Below the pieces are notes generated by a model that had not been told where the DNA came from, did no database searches, and saw only the letters and a program-made list of their open reading frames with translations. A stretch of 64,000 nt of DNA from a candidate division WWE3 bacterium RAAC2_WWE3_1 (GTDB lineage: Bacteria; Patescibacteriota; WWE3; UBA101185; UBA10185), in contig CP006914.1 of the NCBI GenBank assembly GCA_000503835.1, forward strand, positions 157,218-221,217. Direction: 5' to 3'. The translations under genes were made by a program, and so were the position numbers. Each line of letters starts with the position of its first letter. Position 1 is the stretch's first letter. Of this stretch, positions 30,917-39,326 are shown one piece after another.

Positions 30917-31807
30917 TTAAATTATCTCCTCTGTTATAAAGGTTTTAAGCTCGTCCCTCAGGTCGTCCCTCTGCATAGCGAATTTGAGAGTCGTTTTTAA
31001 GTATCTAAGGGGGTCGCCGGTCGTAAGCCATTCTCCTTCAATCGGCTGTGCAATAACGGTTTTTCCTGCCTCCGCTAATCCGTTGAGGATATCGATGAGC
31101 CAAAGTTCATCGTCCTTACCTGTGGAGGTGTTAAGTGCCGCCTCTATTACATCATAGGAGAAAACAAAGCGCCCGAACTGAACTTTATTCGATGGTGCCT
31201 GTTCCTTTGGAAGTTTTTCAAATCCTTTTTCCATGGTGTATTTGTAAGGGGCGTTTTCTTTGTATTTAATGGTTGCGTATCTGTCCACCTCCGACCACGG
31301 CACTTCCTGAACAGCGAGTACTGCCGAAGGACGTTGTTCGTGGTAAACATCTATGAGTTGTTTGGTAACCGGTACGTCGGAGAGGGTTAAGTCGTCGCCG
31401 AACATGTAAACAAAAGCTTCGTCGTTATCTATTAATTCTTTGACCGTAATTAACGGGGAGCCGTTACCGTACGGCAAGTGATTTTTCTGGCGGACATAGA
31501 CGAAGTTGGCCATTTGAGGAATTGACTGGACAATCTCCAGATATTTAAGCTTGCCGTCTTTTTCCAGGGAGTTCTCAAGATCAGACCTGTTATCAAAATA
31601 ATCTTCCATGATATGGTTCCCGGCTCTGGTGACCAGAATTATTTCTTCTATACCGGAATTAACTGCCTCTTCGACAAGGTAGTGAACAATGGGTTTATCT
31701 ATGATGGGTAGCATTTCTTTGGGTTGGTTTTTTGTTGCGGGAAGAAATCTTGTACCGTGCCCGGCCGCTGCAATTACGGCCTTAGTTACTTTGGAATATT
31801 GTTTCAT
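30917..31807 (-). CDS. galU: UTP--glucose-1-phosphate uridylyltransferase
   Basis: N-terminus KAVIAAAGHGTRFLPATKNQPKEMLPIIDKP is the GalU/sugar nucleotidyltransferase signature. 296 aa. Confidence 0.88.
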   Translation of the reverse strand: MKQYSKVTKAVIAAAGHGTRFLPATKNQPKEMLPIIDKPIVHYLVEEAVNSGIEEIILVTRAGNHIMEDYFDNRSDLENSLEKDGKLKYLEIVQSIPQMANFVYVRQKNHLPYGNGSPLITVKELIDNDEAFVYMFGDDLTLSDVPVTKQLIDVYHEQRPSAVLAVQEVPWSEVDRYATIKYKENAPYKYTMEKGFEKLPKEQAPSNKVQFGRFVFSYDVIEAALNTSTGKDDELWLIDILNGLAEAGKTVIAQPIEGEWLTTGDPLRYLKTTLKFAMQRDDLRDELKTFITEEII

Positions 31808-31885
31808 GGTTACTCAATTTTAGCATAAAAAAAGAGCAGACATTGTCCTACCGGGTGGTGGGTGTCTGCTCTCAACGGCTCGCGT

Positions 31886-32107
31886 TTACTTGCGTGGTTT
31901 ACGAGCCATGGTTGGGATGTTGGTTTTTTGTTCTTTTTTAGTCTGGCTCAAGAAACCAACGATTGCAATCAAAAAGGCTGCCCCCAGAATCACGACTGCT
32001 ACCAAACCGGCAGCGCTACCACCGGGGGAACTCATGAGCTGGTAGGCCTTTTCAATAACGAAAAAAGCGAACGTACCCATGAGCACAACAGTGAGAAAAC
32101 GAAACAT
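31886..32107 (-). CDS. Small membrane protein with basic C-terminal tail
   Basis: Start moved to MFRF (cat at 32105-32107 on +), which has an AGGAGG Shine-Dalgarno 8 nt upstream (cctcct at 32116-32121 on +). Two TM helices and a KKEQKTNIPTMARKPRK tail. Confidence 0.5.
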   Translation of the reverse strand: MFRFLTVVLMGTFAFFVIEKAYQLMSSPGGSAAGLVAVVILGAAFLIAIVGFLSQTKKEQKTNIPTMARKPRK

Positions 32108-32189
32108 TTTGATACCTCCTAAATTTGGATTAGAGGCTAATTGTACCCTATAGTACATATTTTGTCCAGTCTTAGGGATGTTTAAATGG

Positions 32190-32262
32190 AGCCGATAACA
32201 GGAGTCGAACCTGTGACCTTTCCCTTACGAAGGGACTGCTCTACCAACTGAGCTATACCGGC
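32190..32262 (-). tRNA. tRNA-Thr (anticodon CGU)
   Basis: Reverse-complement folds as GCCGGTA-TA-GCTC-AGTTGGTA-GAGC-A-GTCCC-TTCGTAA-GGGAA-AGGTC-ACAGG-TTCGACT-CCTGT-TATCGGC-T. Very close to canonical bacterial tRNA-Thr; one G·A mismatch at position 27-43. CCA is encoded at 32187-32189. Confidence 0.85.
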
Positions 32263-32370
32263 AATGCGTTAATAATACCATTACAGACGGCTCAAGCCTT
32301 AAAAATTATACTACTGGTAAGAAGGTTTAACGTAAAAATGATCGGATGACTCCCTGTTTTAGCCCGTTAA

Positions 32371-32408
32371 TTGACTTGCGTCAGGTCGGATACTACAATA
32401 CCTAGTAA
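32371..32408 (+). promoter_or_regulatory. Sigma70-like promoter (TTGACT-17-TACAAT) overlapped by inverted repeat TACTA-N7-TAGTA; near-leaderless start of blaI-like gene
   Basis: TTGACT at 32371-32376, a 17-nt spacer, and TACAAT at 32394-32399. Inverted repeat TACTA at 32391-32395 / TAGTA at 32403-32407. The ATG at 32410 has no Shine-Dalgarno. Confidence 0.5.
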
Positions 32409-32409
32409 C

Positions 32410-32808
32410 ATGAGCAATAAAAGGGTTACAGGCAAAGTATTGGGTAATCTGGAATCCGAGGTAATGGAAATTATCTGGAGTCTAAAAGGCGAGGCTTCGG
32501 TCAAATGTGTGGCCGAAATTTTAAGCAAAAAACGCAAAATCGCATATACAACCGTGATGACCGTCATGGCGAGACTAGCGAGTAAAGGTGTTCTGGTACG
32601 ACACATGAACGGGCCGAGCTATCTGTATAAACCCAAAGTTACAAAAGACCGATTTATAGCAAAAGCGGCCCACAGTATTTTTTCTTCGGCCGTTTCCAAC
32701 CTGGGTGATGAAGTGTTAGCTCATTTTATAAAAGAAATCCAAAAGATTAGTCCGAAGAAACGACAGGAGCTTTTGAAGATGCTGAACGAAGACCGAAAGG
32801 GTATTTGA
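32410..32808 (+). CDS. BlaI/MecI/CopY-family winged-helix transcriptional repressor
   Basis: EVMEIIWSLKGEASVKCVAEIL...IAYTTVMTVMARLASKGVL matches the penicillinase-repressor family N-terminal domain. No CopY-type C-terminal Cys motif. Confidence 0.8.
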   Translation: MSNKRVTGKVLGNLESEVMEIIWSLKGEASVKCVAEILSKKRKIAYTTVMTVMARLASKGVLVRHMNGPSYLYKPKVTKDRFIAKAAHSIFSSAVSNLGDEVLAHFIKEIQKISPKKRQELLKMLNEDRKGI

Positions 32809-32823
32809 CGCTTTTCTCGAATT

Positions 32824-33834
32824 ATGAAAAGAATTAATTTAAGTTTTTATGTATTACTTTTATCTTCGTTAAGTGTCGGTCTGGTTCTGACCGCCGTTTT
32901 ATATAAAGTTTCACCTTTCTTTACTTCAAGAACCCTTTTCCTTTGTCAAAAATTCGTTTCGGGCATGATGACGGAAATTCCCCGTCCGGTGTCTAACTTA
33001 CTCATTCTGGCTGTAGGGATAGTTGTAGGGACAGGGCTTTTATCTTTCCTAGTGCAACTTATCAAAACCCATATTTTCTTAAAAAAACTACTCGTAAAAA
33101 AGATTCCGGTATCCCGGGTGTTAGCAGGAGTCCTGGAAAAATTAAAACTTACAAAGAAAGTAGTTCTGGTTAAGGACGACAACCTGTTTTCTTTTTGTTG
33201 CGGTATCTTTTCCCCCTTTATAGTTGTGAGCACCGGTCTTGTGAGATCCCTGACAGTCAAAGAATTAGAGGCAGTTCTGTTACATGAACAATCTCATCTG
33301 ATAAGCAGGGATCCTGGTAAGGTCCTTCTGGGAAAAACATTTTCCTCTATGTTCTTCTTTCTGCCTATTTTTAGGGAGCTTCATAAAGATACGGAGGCAG
33401 TCAATGAACTGTTAGCGGATCAATGGGCGATCAGACACCAGGAAAATTCAACTTTTTTGCGCAGTGCCCTTAAAAAAATATTAGCGGCACCCGAAGTAAA
33501 TTTGGCAGCTGTTTCCAACGCATCCGGTCCGGACTATTTCGAGATAAGAATCCACCGTCTAGTGGACCCCGGCACAAAACACAAACTCAGGCCTTCACCG
33601 GTAAGCTTAGTGACGACCTTTTTGTTTATTTTGGTGGGGTGGTTCTCATTGCAAACTCCGGTCAATGCTTTTCATTCGGATACTATGAACAACAACGCTT
33701 ATCATTCGGATACTATTTTTTTATGTTCACACGATTGGGCCTGTTCCGAGGAGTGCAGGATTAACATTGAACAGCCCGTGAAATATATACCCGCCGACAT
33801 GCTCGTGCCCGAAAAGAAATGCGGAAACGATTAG
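32824..33834 (+). CDS. BlaR1/MecR1-like M56 zinc metalloprotease signal transducer lacking the penicillin-binding sensor domain, with Cys-rich C-terminal tail
   Basis: About 4 TM helices and an HExxH (LLHEQSHLISRD) zincin motif positioned as in the M56 family. Only 336 aa. C-terminus CSHDWACSEECRIN...KKCGND. Confidence 0.72.
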   Translation: MKRINLSFYVLLLSSLSVGLVLTAVLYKVSPFFTSRTLFLCQKFVSGMMTEIPRPVSNLLILAVGIVVGTGLLSFLVQLIKTHIFLKKLLVKKIPVSRVLAGVLEKLKLTKKVVLVKDDNLFSFCCGIFSPFIVVSTGLVRSLTVKELEAVLLHEQSHLISRDPGKVLLGKTFSSMFFFLPIFRELHKDTEAVNELLADQWAIRHQENSTFLRSALKKILAAPEVNLAAVSNASGPDYFEIRIHRLVDPGTKHKLRPSPVSLVTTFLFILVGWFSLQTPVNAFHSDTMNNNAYHSDTIFLCSHDWACSEECRINIEQPVKYIPADMLVPEKKCGND

Positions 33835-33938
33835 AATGTGTGCCGTTTTTCTATCCGGTTTCCTCTTATTTTCTTATTGACAAAACTCAGGTAGTTCTAC
33901 TACACTGAGTAGTAGTTCATTTAGAAAGGAGGTATCTT

Positions 33939-34202
33939 ATGACGGAAACTCAGAAATCAGAAACAAATACAACTCCCATTCAGGAAAGCACAGTAATCGT
34001 ACGTGTCCCCAAACCAAATCTACAGGTTGTGGTGCTGGGACTCATAGCTCTTATCACTCTTTTTCAAACTTTTCAACTGATGCGTATTAGTGCTAAAGCC
34101 AGTACGGTATCGGTAAAATCCGCTCCCGCCACTACCACTAATAGCGGAACCGGCACGGGAACCGATTCGGATGTACCGGAGTCAATGGTTGGAGGCTGCT
34201 AA
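33939..34202 (+). CDS. Small membrane protein (87 aa) ending in GGC
   Basis: Strong Shine-Dalgarno AAGGAGG at 33926-33932, one TM helix, Thr/Gly-rich tail. Confidence 0.45.
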   Translation: MTETQKSETNTTPIQESTVIVRVPKPNLQVVVLGLIALITLFQTFQLMRISAKASTVSVKSAPATTTNSGTGTGTDSDVPESMVGGC

Positions 34203-34226
34203 GTCGTTACACAGGATTGAAATACT

Positions 34227-35459
34227 ATGAACTGGAAAAGTGTTTTATCAGATGTTGGTTCCGGGGTGAGGAGTAAGAAAGAAGACTTAAATATCACGTG
34301 GCCAAAGATAATTTTGAGCATCGGATTTTTGGCCGCTGTTATCGGAGCCCTTGTTTCAACCGAAACCCTTGCAACCATCAATAAAAATATTGCCAAAGCG
34401 GAAGAAGAAGCCCGTCCTGCCGAGGTGGCGATAGTTAAGATAATTACCCCCGATTGCCGTTATTGTTTTAATGTCGACTTGGCAGTGAATGATTTTAAAA
34501 AGCAAAATGTTAAAGTAGTGGAAGAAAAAACTTTAATTTACGGTTCCCCGGAGGCCGAAGCCTCGATCAGGCAGTTTTCAATTCAAAGAATTCCTACTTA
34601 TATTGTTTCAGGAGAAATAACCAAAAGTAATATTGAGAGTTTTGTTAAAAGTACCGGAGAAGTTAGAGGAGCCGCCGAAGACACATCGACAAGCAATGCT
34701 TTTGTTTTTACCAAGGTCACACCTGTTTATATCGATACCGAAAGTAACCAGGAAATGGGCAAGGTAACGGCAACTATATTGAGCGACCCGTCGTGTACTC
34801 AGTGTTTGGACCCTAAATTGACGATAGAGGGTTTTAAAAAGTCCGGAATAAAAATAGTCGACGAAAAAGAGATAGTTTGGAACTCTTCCGAGGGTAGGAA
34901 AATTATTGATCAGTTCAAAATTACTAAATTACCCACCTTTATTCTTTCCCCTGAGATAGATATCTACGATAACGTTAGGTCAAACTGGGCTAATATCGGA
35001 ACAATAGAGCAGGATAAAACTTATGTGGCGAGAAATTTGTTCTTTCCATACAGAGACATAGAGAAGGGCGGAATATTGGGATTGGTCGATTTGGTGTATC
35101 TTGTCGATTCAAGCTGCGGCGATTGTTACAAGGTCGACACCGTCCAGAAACCCATTCTTGAACAGGGATATGGCGTTCGTTTTCGTTCTGAAAGGACAGT
35201 TGACGTTTTATCCGAAGAGGGACAACGTTTGACGAATAGATACAAAATTACTAAACTTCCCACAATACTGTTATCACCCGATGTAGCTCAGTACACAAAT
35301 CTGCAAAAAATCTGGAACGGTGTCGGAACGATTGAACAGGACGGTTGGTATGTATTCAGGGAGATGCAGCAATTGGGCGGAGCTGTTTACAAAGATTTGG
35401 CAACCAATCAGACGGTCGGAAAGACGCCTGCAGTATCCGGCACGGGGGGAGCACAATAA
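34227..35459 (+). CDS. Membrane-anchored protein with three tandem thioredoxin-fold (DsbA/Trx-like) repeats, each with a CxxC motif
   Basis: N-terminal TM, then three ~110-aa repeats carrying CRYC, CTQC and CGDC. Each is followed by a conserved ...KITKLPT(F/I)(I/L)LSP(E/D)... and ...GTIEQD..YV segment. Confidence 0.7.
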   Translation: MNWKSVLSDVGSGVRSKKEDLNITWPKIILSIGFLAAVIGALVSTETLATINKNIAKAEEEARPAEVAIVKIITPDCRYCFNVDLAVNDFKKQNVKVVEEKTLIYGSPEAEASIRQFSIQRIPTYIVSGEITKSNIESFVKSTGEVRGAAEDTSTSNAFVFTKVTPVYIDTESNQEMGKVTATILSDPSCTQCLDPKLTIEGFKKSGIKIVDEKEIVWNSSEGRKIIDQFKITKLPTFILSPEIDIYDNVRSNWANIGTIEQDKTYVARNLFFPYRDIEKGGILGLVDLVYLVDSSCGDCYKVDTVQKPILEQGYGVRFRSERTVDVLSEEGQRLTNRYKITKLPTILLSPDVAQYTNLQKIWNGVGTIEQDGWYVFREMQQLGGAVYKDLATNQTVGKTPAVSGTGGAQ

Positions 35460-35464
35460 TAATT

Positions 35465-36745
35465 ATGAACTCATTATTAGCACCATTAAAAATTATTTTC
35501 AGAGAGTCTTTTTACAGGCACGTAGCTTTCTTCACGATCCTGGCATTCGGTTACCTTTCCTATTGGCTATTTTACAAGAGCACAACTTTCGAAACCTACC
35601 TGTTAAATATGAAGACCGGGGATTTTGGAGAGTTCAGTGTTGCATACGGCGTTACTTACATATCTACAACAATTTTGACAATTATTTTATCCGGGATAAG
35701 CGTGGCTACAGTTTTTTGGCTTTACCGTCATTCCAAGTTGAGTCAGATCAGGAATATCGGCGCAAATCTTGGGGGGCTAATCGCAGCCTTTTTCGGTACA
35801 GGCTGTCCCGTATGCGGAGCGTTCTTATTGTCAGCGATCGGTGTAACAGGAGGACTGGCCGTATTTCCCTTACAAGGACTGGAACTTAAATTTTTAAGTT
35901 TGGGTCTTATCGCAGGGTCATTATTTTACGGTGTTAAGAAGGTACACGAAATGATTCACTGCGACGATTGTAATGATATCTCACACGACCGCAAAAGCCG
36001 CACAAGTGAAAAAAAAGGCCGCAGGTTTTTTATTTTGCCGCTAAGAGACACTCTTATATACACTCTGGCAGGACTTTTCCTTGTCAACCAATTTTTAATT
36101 GCGCAGGTTTCTGCGGCTATGGGTATGGTTGCTAATAAGGGATTAGTAGCCCAGCTTTTGGGCATACAAACCAGGTCTACCTACACCATAATTGCTCCCA
36201 AAATAAATCCCGACAAAAAGACCACTTCGCTTGCCGAATGGCCGACAATCACTGAAGTTCCGGCCAATCCGAATAGTGGAAACGCACTCGCCGATGCCAA
36301 GGTAGTAATGATTGCGACCGGTCAGCCTTTTTATGCCCCAGAAAATGTCTCGTTTGATGACCCGATTAATGCCCAAAAGAAATGGGGGGCATTTGAAAAA
36401 TCCATAAAACTGTCAACGGAACAGGAAGCAAGATACCAAAGACTTATCGGTACTATGATGACCTGCAGCTACTGTTGCGGCGGCCCTAAAAATGTAACTA
36501 TGAATAAAAACTGCGGATGTGCTCACGCAAAAGCCGTGAGAGGATTTTACCGCTACATGATCCAGAATTACGGCGACAAATACTCTGATGAACAATTGGT
36601 AGGCGAGTCACATCGATGGTACGCCTTGTGGTACCCGAAAGGAATGCTTGAAGATTATTTGCTGGCTACCGGTAACGAAAGTGCATTACCTCACACGTCA
36701 CACGGAGGTGCAGGTTCAGACGGAAGGCACGGAATCGCGAAATGA
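35465..36745 (+). CDS. Cys-rich polytopic membrane protein (TM CPVC, loop CDDC, C-terminal CSYCCGG/CGC cluster)
   Basis: Start reassigned to ATG at 35465 (MNSLLAPL...), immediately after the stop of the upstream gene. About 4 TM helices; GTGCPVCGAFLLSAIGVTGG lies in a TM segment. The alternative overlapping frames at 35320/35345 are rejected. Confidence 0.6.
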   Translation: MNSLLAPLKIIFRESFYRHVAFFTILAFGYLSYWLFYKSTTFETYLLNMKTGDFGEFSVAYGVTYISTTILTIILSGISVATVFWLYRHSKLSQIRNIGANLGGLIAAFFGTGCPVCGAFLLSAIGVTGGLAVFPLQGLELKFLSLGLIAGSLFYGVKKVHEMIHCDDCNDISHDRKSRTSEKKGRRFFILPLRDTLIYTLAGLFLVNQFLIAQVSAAMGMVANKGLVAQLLGIQTRSTYTIIAPKINPDKKTTSLAEWPTITEVPANPNSGNALADAKVVMIATGQPFYAPENVSFDDPINAQKKWGAFEKSIKLSTEQEARYQRLIGTMMTCSYCCGGPKNVTMNKNCGCAHAKAVRGFYRYMIQNYGDKYSDEQLVGESHRWYALWYPKGMLEDYLLATGNESALPHTSHGGAGSDGRHGIAK

Positions 36746-37089
36746 TCAATTTCATCGATTACCTCGATTTTTTCATATTTATAGGCGGAACTGTAATACT
36801 CGTAGGTATACTTTATTTTTTCTTCCGTGATTCCTTAAAGGATATTTTTATTTCGGAGGATGACATAGCGGAGCCTGAAATTTCAAAACGTTCGCCCGTT
36901 GTGGAAATATTATTTTCCGAAGACCGTAAAAATAATCCGTCATCGGCTTTGATTAAAAAGATAGGGGCGGTTTTTATAGCTATTATTATCGGCGGTTTTG
37001 TGCTGAACCAGTTCCTGATGTGGAAAATGACCTCTTCCGCTATTTCGGAAAGGCCTTTCGATATAAATATTAGTATTTCTAAAAAATGA
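36742..37089 (+). CDS. Small membrane protein
   Basis: 115 aa, two hydrophobic helices, translationally coupled to the upstream gene (4-nt overlap). Confidence 0.4.
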   Translation: MINFIDYLDFFIFIGGTVILVGILYFFFRDSLKDIFISEDDIAEPEISKRSPVVEILFSEDRKNNPSSALIKKIGAVFIAIIIGGFVLNQFLMWKMTSSAISERPFDINISISKK

Positions 37090-37096
37090 GAAAAAT

Positions 37097-37648
37097 ATGA
37101 CAACAGAAACCAAGGTTTTAATAAGTGTCGCGATAGTTACAGTCGCTCTCCTCGGAGGGGGTGTGTGGTTTATGAGTAATCAGACTGCCGGAGAACAGGC
37201 TAAACTAAGTCGACCGTTAATGGGCGAAACCACCCCGGATCAGGGAGCCGCGCACATACCGGAAGGTACAACGGCGGAATACAGCACGAATCCTCCGACA
37301 ACCGGTCCGCACTACGGAAAGTCCCAGTCCGCTGGTATTTACGATATGCCGATACCGGATGGAAACCTTTTACATAGCATGGAACATGGGGCGGTCATAA
37401 TTTGGTATAAAGCAGCCAATGGGTCAGAGGACGGAGGCTTATCCGGTCAGGATATTGAGCGGCTAAAACAGATTTTCAGCTCGGTTGCCGTTAATAAGAA
37501 AATCATGGTGCCGAGGGAAAACCTTGATGTTCCGGTAGCTCTAACCTCCTGGGGTAGATTACTTAAGCTTCAGACAATCGATGAAATCCAAATCAAAGCT
37601 TTTATGGAGACGAATGAAGACAGGGGTCTTGAAAAAGCGCCGCTCTAG
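37097..37648 (+). CDS. Membrane-anchored DUF3105-like protein
   Basis: N-terminal TM. PTTGPHY and HSMEHGAVIIWY match the conserved Gly-Pro-His and His-x-x-E-H-G segments of DUF3105. Confidence 0.6.
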   Translation: MTTETKVLISVAIVTVALLGGGVWFMSNQTAGEQAKLSRPLMGETTPDQGAAHIPEGTTAEYSTNPPTTGPHYGKSQSAGIYDMPIPDGNLLHSMEHGAVIIWYKAANGSEDGGLSGQDIERLKQIFSSVAVNKKIMVPRENLDVPVALTSWGRLLKLQTIDEIQIKAFMETNEDRGLEKAPL

Positions 37649-37790
37649 AATTTGGACCTTCTTTAATTCCGTTTCCATGAAAGAGCTGCAGCACTTTTAT
37701 GTGGGCAGTAAAGCTCCACAACATAAGGAATTTAGAAGTTTCAAACTTGTACTACACATTGTAGTATCTTTTGTGCTATAGTTAACTGAA

Positions 37791-38246
37791 ATGGGTGAAT
37801 TAATTGTAAGTAAAGACATTTTGAAGAAGGCGTCATTAAAAGGAGCCATTTCTTTTACCGTTCTCTTGTCGGTGTACTTCCTGATTCTAACGCTAGTTTC
37901 GGGATGGAACTTTGCCTGGGTGCAGTTTACGCAGTTTTGGTATTACATCCTGACTCTCGCTTTAGGATTTGGTATACAATTTACCCTTTACAGCTACCTT
38001 AGAGATGTTGTGAAACAAGCTTCTACAGGACAAGTTTTGGCTACAACAGGGGCAACGTCGACGGCAGCCATGATATCCTGCTGTGCTCACTACTTAACCA
38101 ACATCCTGCCCGTTTTGGGGGTAACAGGAATTATTACTTTTATTGGCCAGTACCAGGTTCAATTTTTCTGGGCCGGATTATTTTTTAATCTTCTTGGGAT
38201 ACTTTACATCGGAAATAAAGTTTTGAAAGTTTCGGGACGAATATGA
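37791..38246 (+). CDS. Polytopic membrane protein with MerT-like vicinal-Cys helix (MISCCAHYLTNILPVLG)
   Basis: 151 aa with about 4 TM helices. The CC motif sits within a helix followed by Pro/Gly, as in MerT TM1. Confidence 0.5.
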   Translation: MGELIVSKDILKKASLKGAISFTVLLSVYFLILTLVSGWNFAWVQFTQFWYYILTLALGFGIQFTLYSYLRDVVKQASTGQVLATTGATSTAAMISCCAHYLTNILPVLGVTGIITFIGQYQVQFFWAGLFFNLLGILYIGNKVLKVSGRI

Positions 38247-38722
38247 AGAAAACTACAGTTATTTTTATCGTTATATTAATAGTTATTTTGGTTATCGTGC
38301 TTAAAAATAGTCTTACCGTAAATATAGGCCCTAAAGATATAGGTACGCCTGCCGGCACAAACGGTTCTTTCCAAAACACAAATAGCAACAACGGCTTGGA
38401 AACAAAAGAAAGTAACGACGGTCCGGTATCCGTCACCGTTACGCCTCTTGATGTAGGGGATAACGCATCCCTATGGAGTTTTGACATCGCGCTAAACACT
38501 CATTCTGAGGAGATTGGAGAAGATCTGACTGTTGTGTCCGTGCTTATAGATGACGGAGGAAAGACATACAGACCTATATCGTGGGAAGGTTCAGCTCCGG
38601 GAGGCCACCATCGTAGCGGTGTTCTAAAATTTAGTGCTATATCACCCAGACCTAATACTCTGGAGTTAAAAATAAACAATGTCGGCGGAATTTCCGAAAG
38701 GAGCTTTAAGTGGGAGCTTTAA
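38243..38722 (+). CDS. Membrane-anchored beta-rich protein with His-rich patch (APGGHHRSG)
   Basis: N-terminal TM, then a predicted beta-sandwich-like extracytoplasmic domain. No family assigned. Confidence 0.45.
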   Translation: MKKTTVIFIVILIVILVIVLKNSLTVNIGPKDIGTPAGTNGSFQNTNSNNGLETKESNDGPVSVTVTPLDVGDNASLWSFDIALNTHSEEIGEDLTVVSVLIDDGGKTYRPISWEGSAPGGHHRSGVLKFSAISPRPNTLELKINNVGGISERSFKWEL

Positions 38723-38729
38723 AAAGTTT

Positions 38730-39323
38730 ATGAGTGAAAAGAAAGTCATTGTAATAGTTTCCGTAATCACGATAGCTTTGCTCATAGTGCCTACCTTTCT
38801 AATTGGCGGCAATAAAGGTGACAACTCTTCTAAAACTTCGACGGAGGCCGCATCTCTTAACGAGTTAGTTGGAAGATCTGCGGCTGATTTTACCCTGGAA
38901 AGTTATAATGGCGACAAAACAACTCTGAGTAGTCTTAAAGGTAAAAACGTAATCCTCTTTTTTAATGAAGGTCTCATGTGCTATCCGGCTTGTTGGGATC
39001 AGATTGCCGCTTTCGGGAAGGACACCGAATTTGCAGATAAAAATACGGTGGTATTAACTATTGTGACCGATTCAAAAAAAGATTGGGAAGGTGCAGTTGA
39101 AAAAATGCCGGAGCTTACCGGGGCAATTGTCTTACTCGATACTAACCGAAAGGTATCCGTTTCGTATAAAATGCTATCGCTTCCTTCCTCGATGCATAGA
39201 GGCCAGACTCCGGGGCATACTTATGTAGTTATTGATGCCGAGGGTATTGTTCGCTATGTTAAAGATGATGTTCAAATGGCTGTCAGAAATCAGGAGTTAC
39301 TGGCGGAGATAGGAAAACTATAA
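38730..39323 (+). CDS. Membrane-anchored thioredoxin-fold protein, Sco1/SenC- or redoxin-like (CxxxC)
   Basis: Start moved to ATG at 38730, after the upstream stop. TM anchor. GKNVILFFNEGLMCYPACW has C-x3-C in the Sco1-type position, with a conserved His about 85 aa downstream (SSMHRGQTPGH). Confidence 0.65.
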   Translation: MSEKKVIVIVSVITIALLIVPTFLIGGNKGDNSSKTSTEAASLNELVGRSAADFTLESYNGDKTTLSSLKGKNVILFFNEGLMCYPACWDQIAAFGKDTEFADKNTVVLTIVTDSKKDWEGAVEKMPELTGAIVLLDTNRKVSVSYKMLSLPSSMHRGQTPGHTYVVIDAEGIVRYVKDDVQMAVRNQELLAEIGKL

Positions 39324-39326
39324 TCT

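Noticed and set aside
31862-32122. Plus-strand 86-aa ORF overlapping the small membrane protein
   Set aside because: The minus-strand frame has a strong AGGAGG RBS, TM helices and a basic tail. The plus frame has none.
35320-35889. 189-aa ORF (Arg-rich) and the 35345 long-start version overlapping the end of the triple-Trx gene
   Set aside because: Different frame from the well-supported membrane protein that starts at ATG 35465 right after the upstream stop. Low-complexity Arg/Ser-rich translation typical of an out-of-frame read through a GC-rich stretch.
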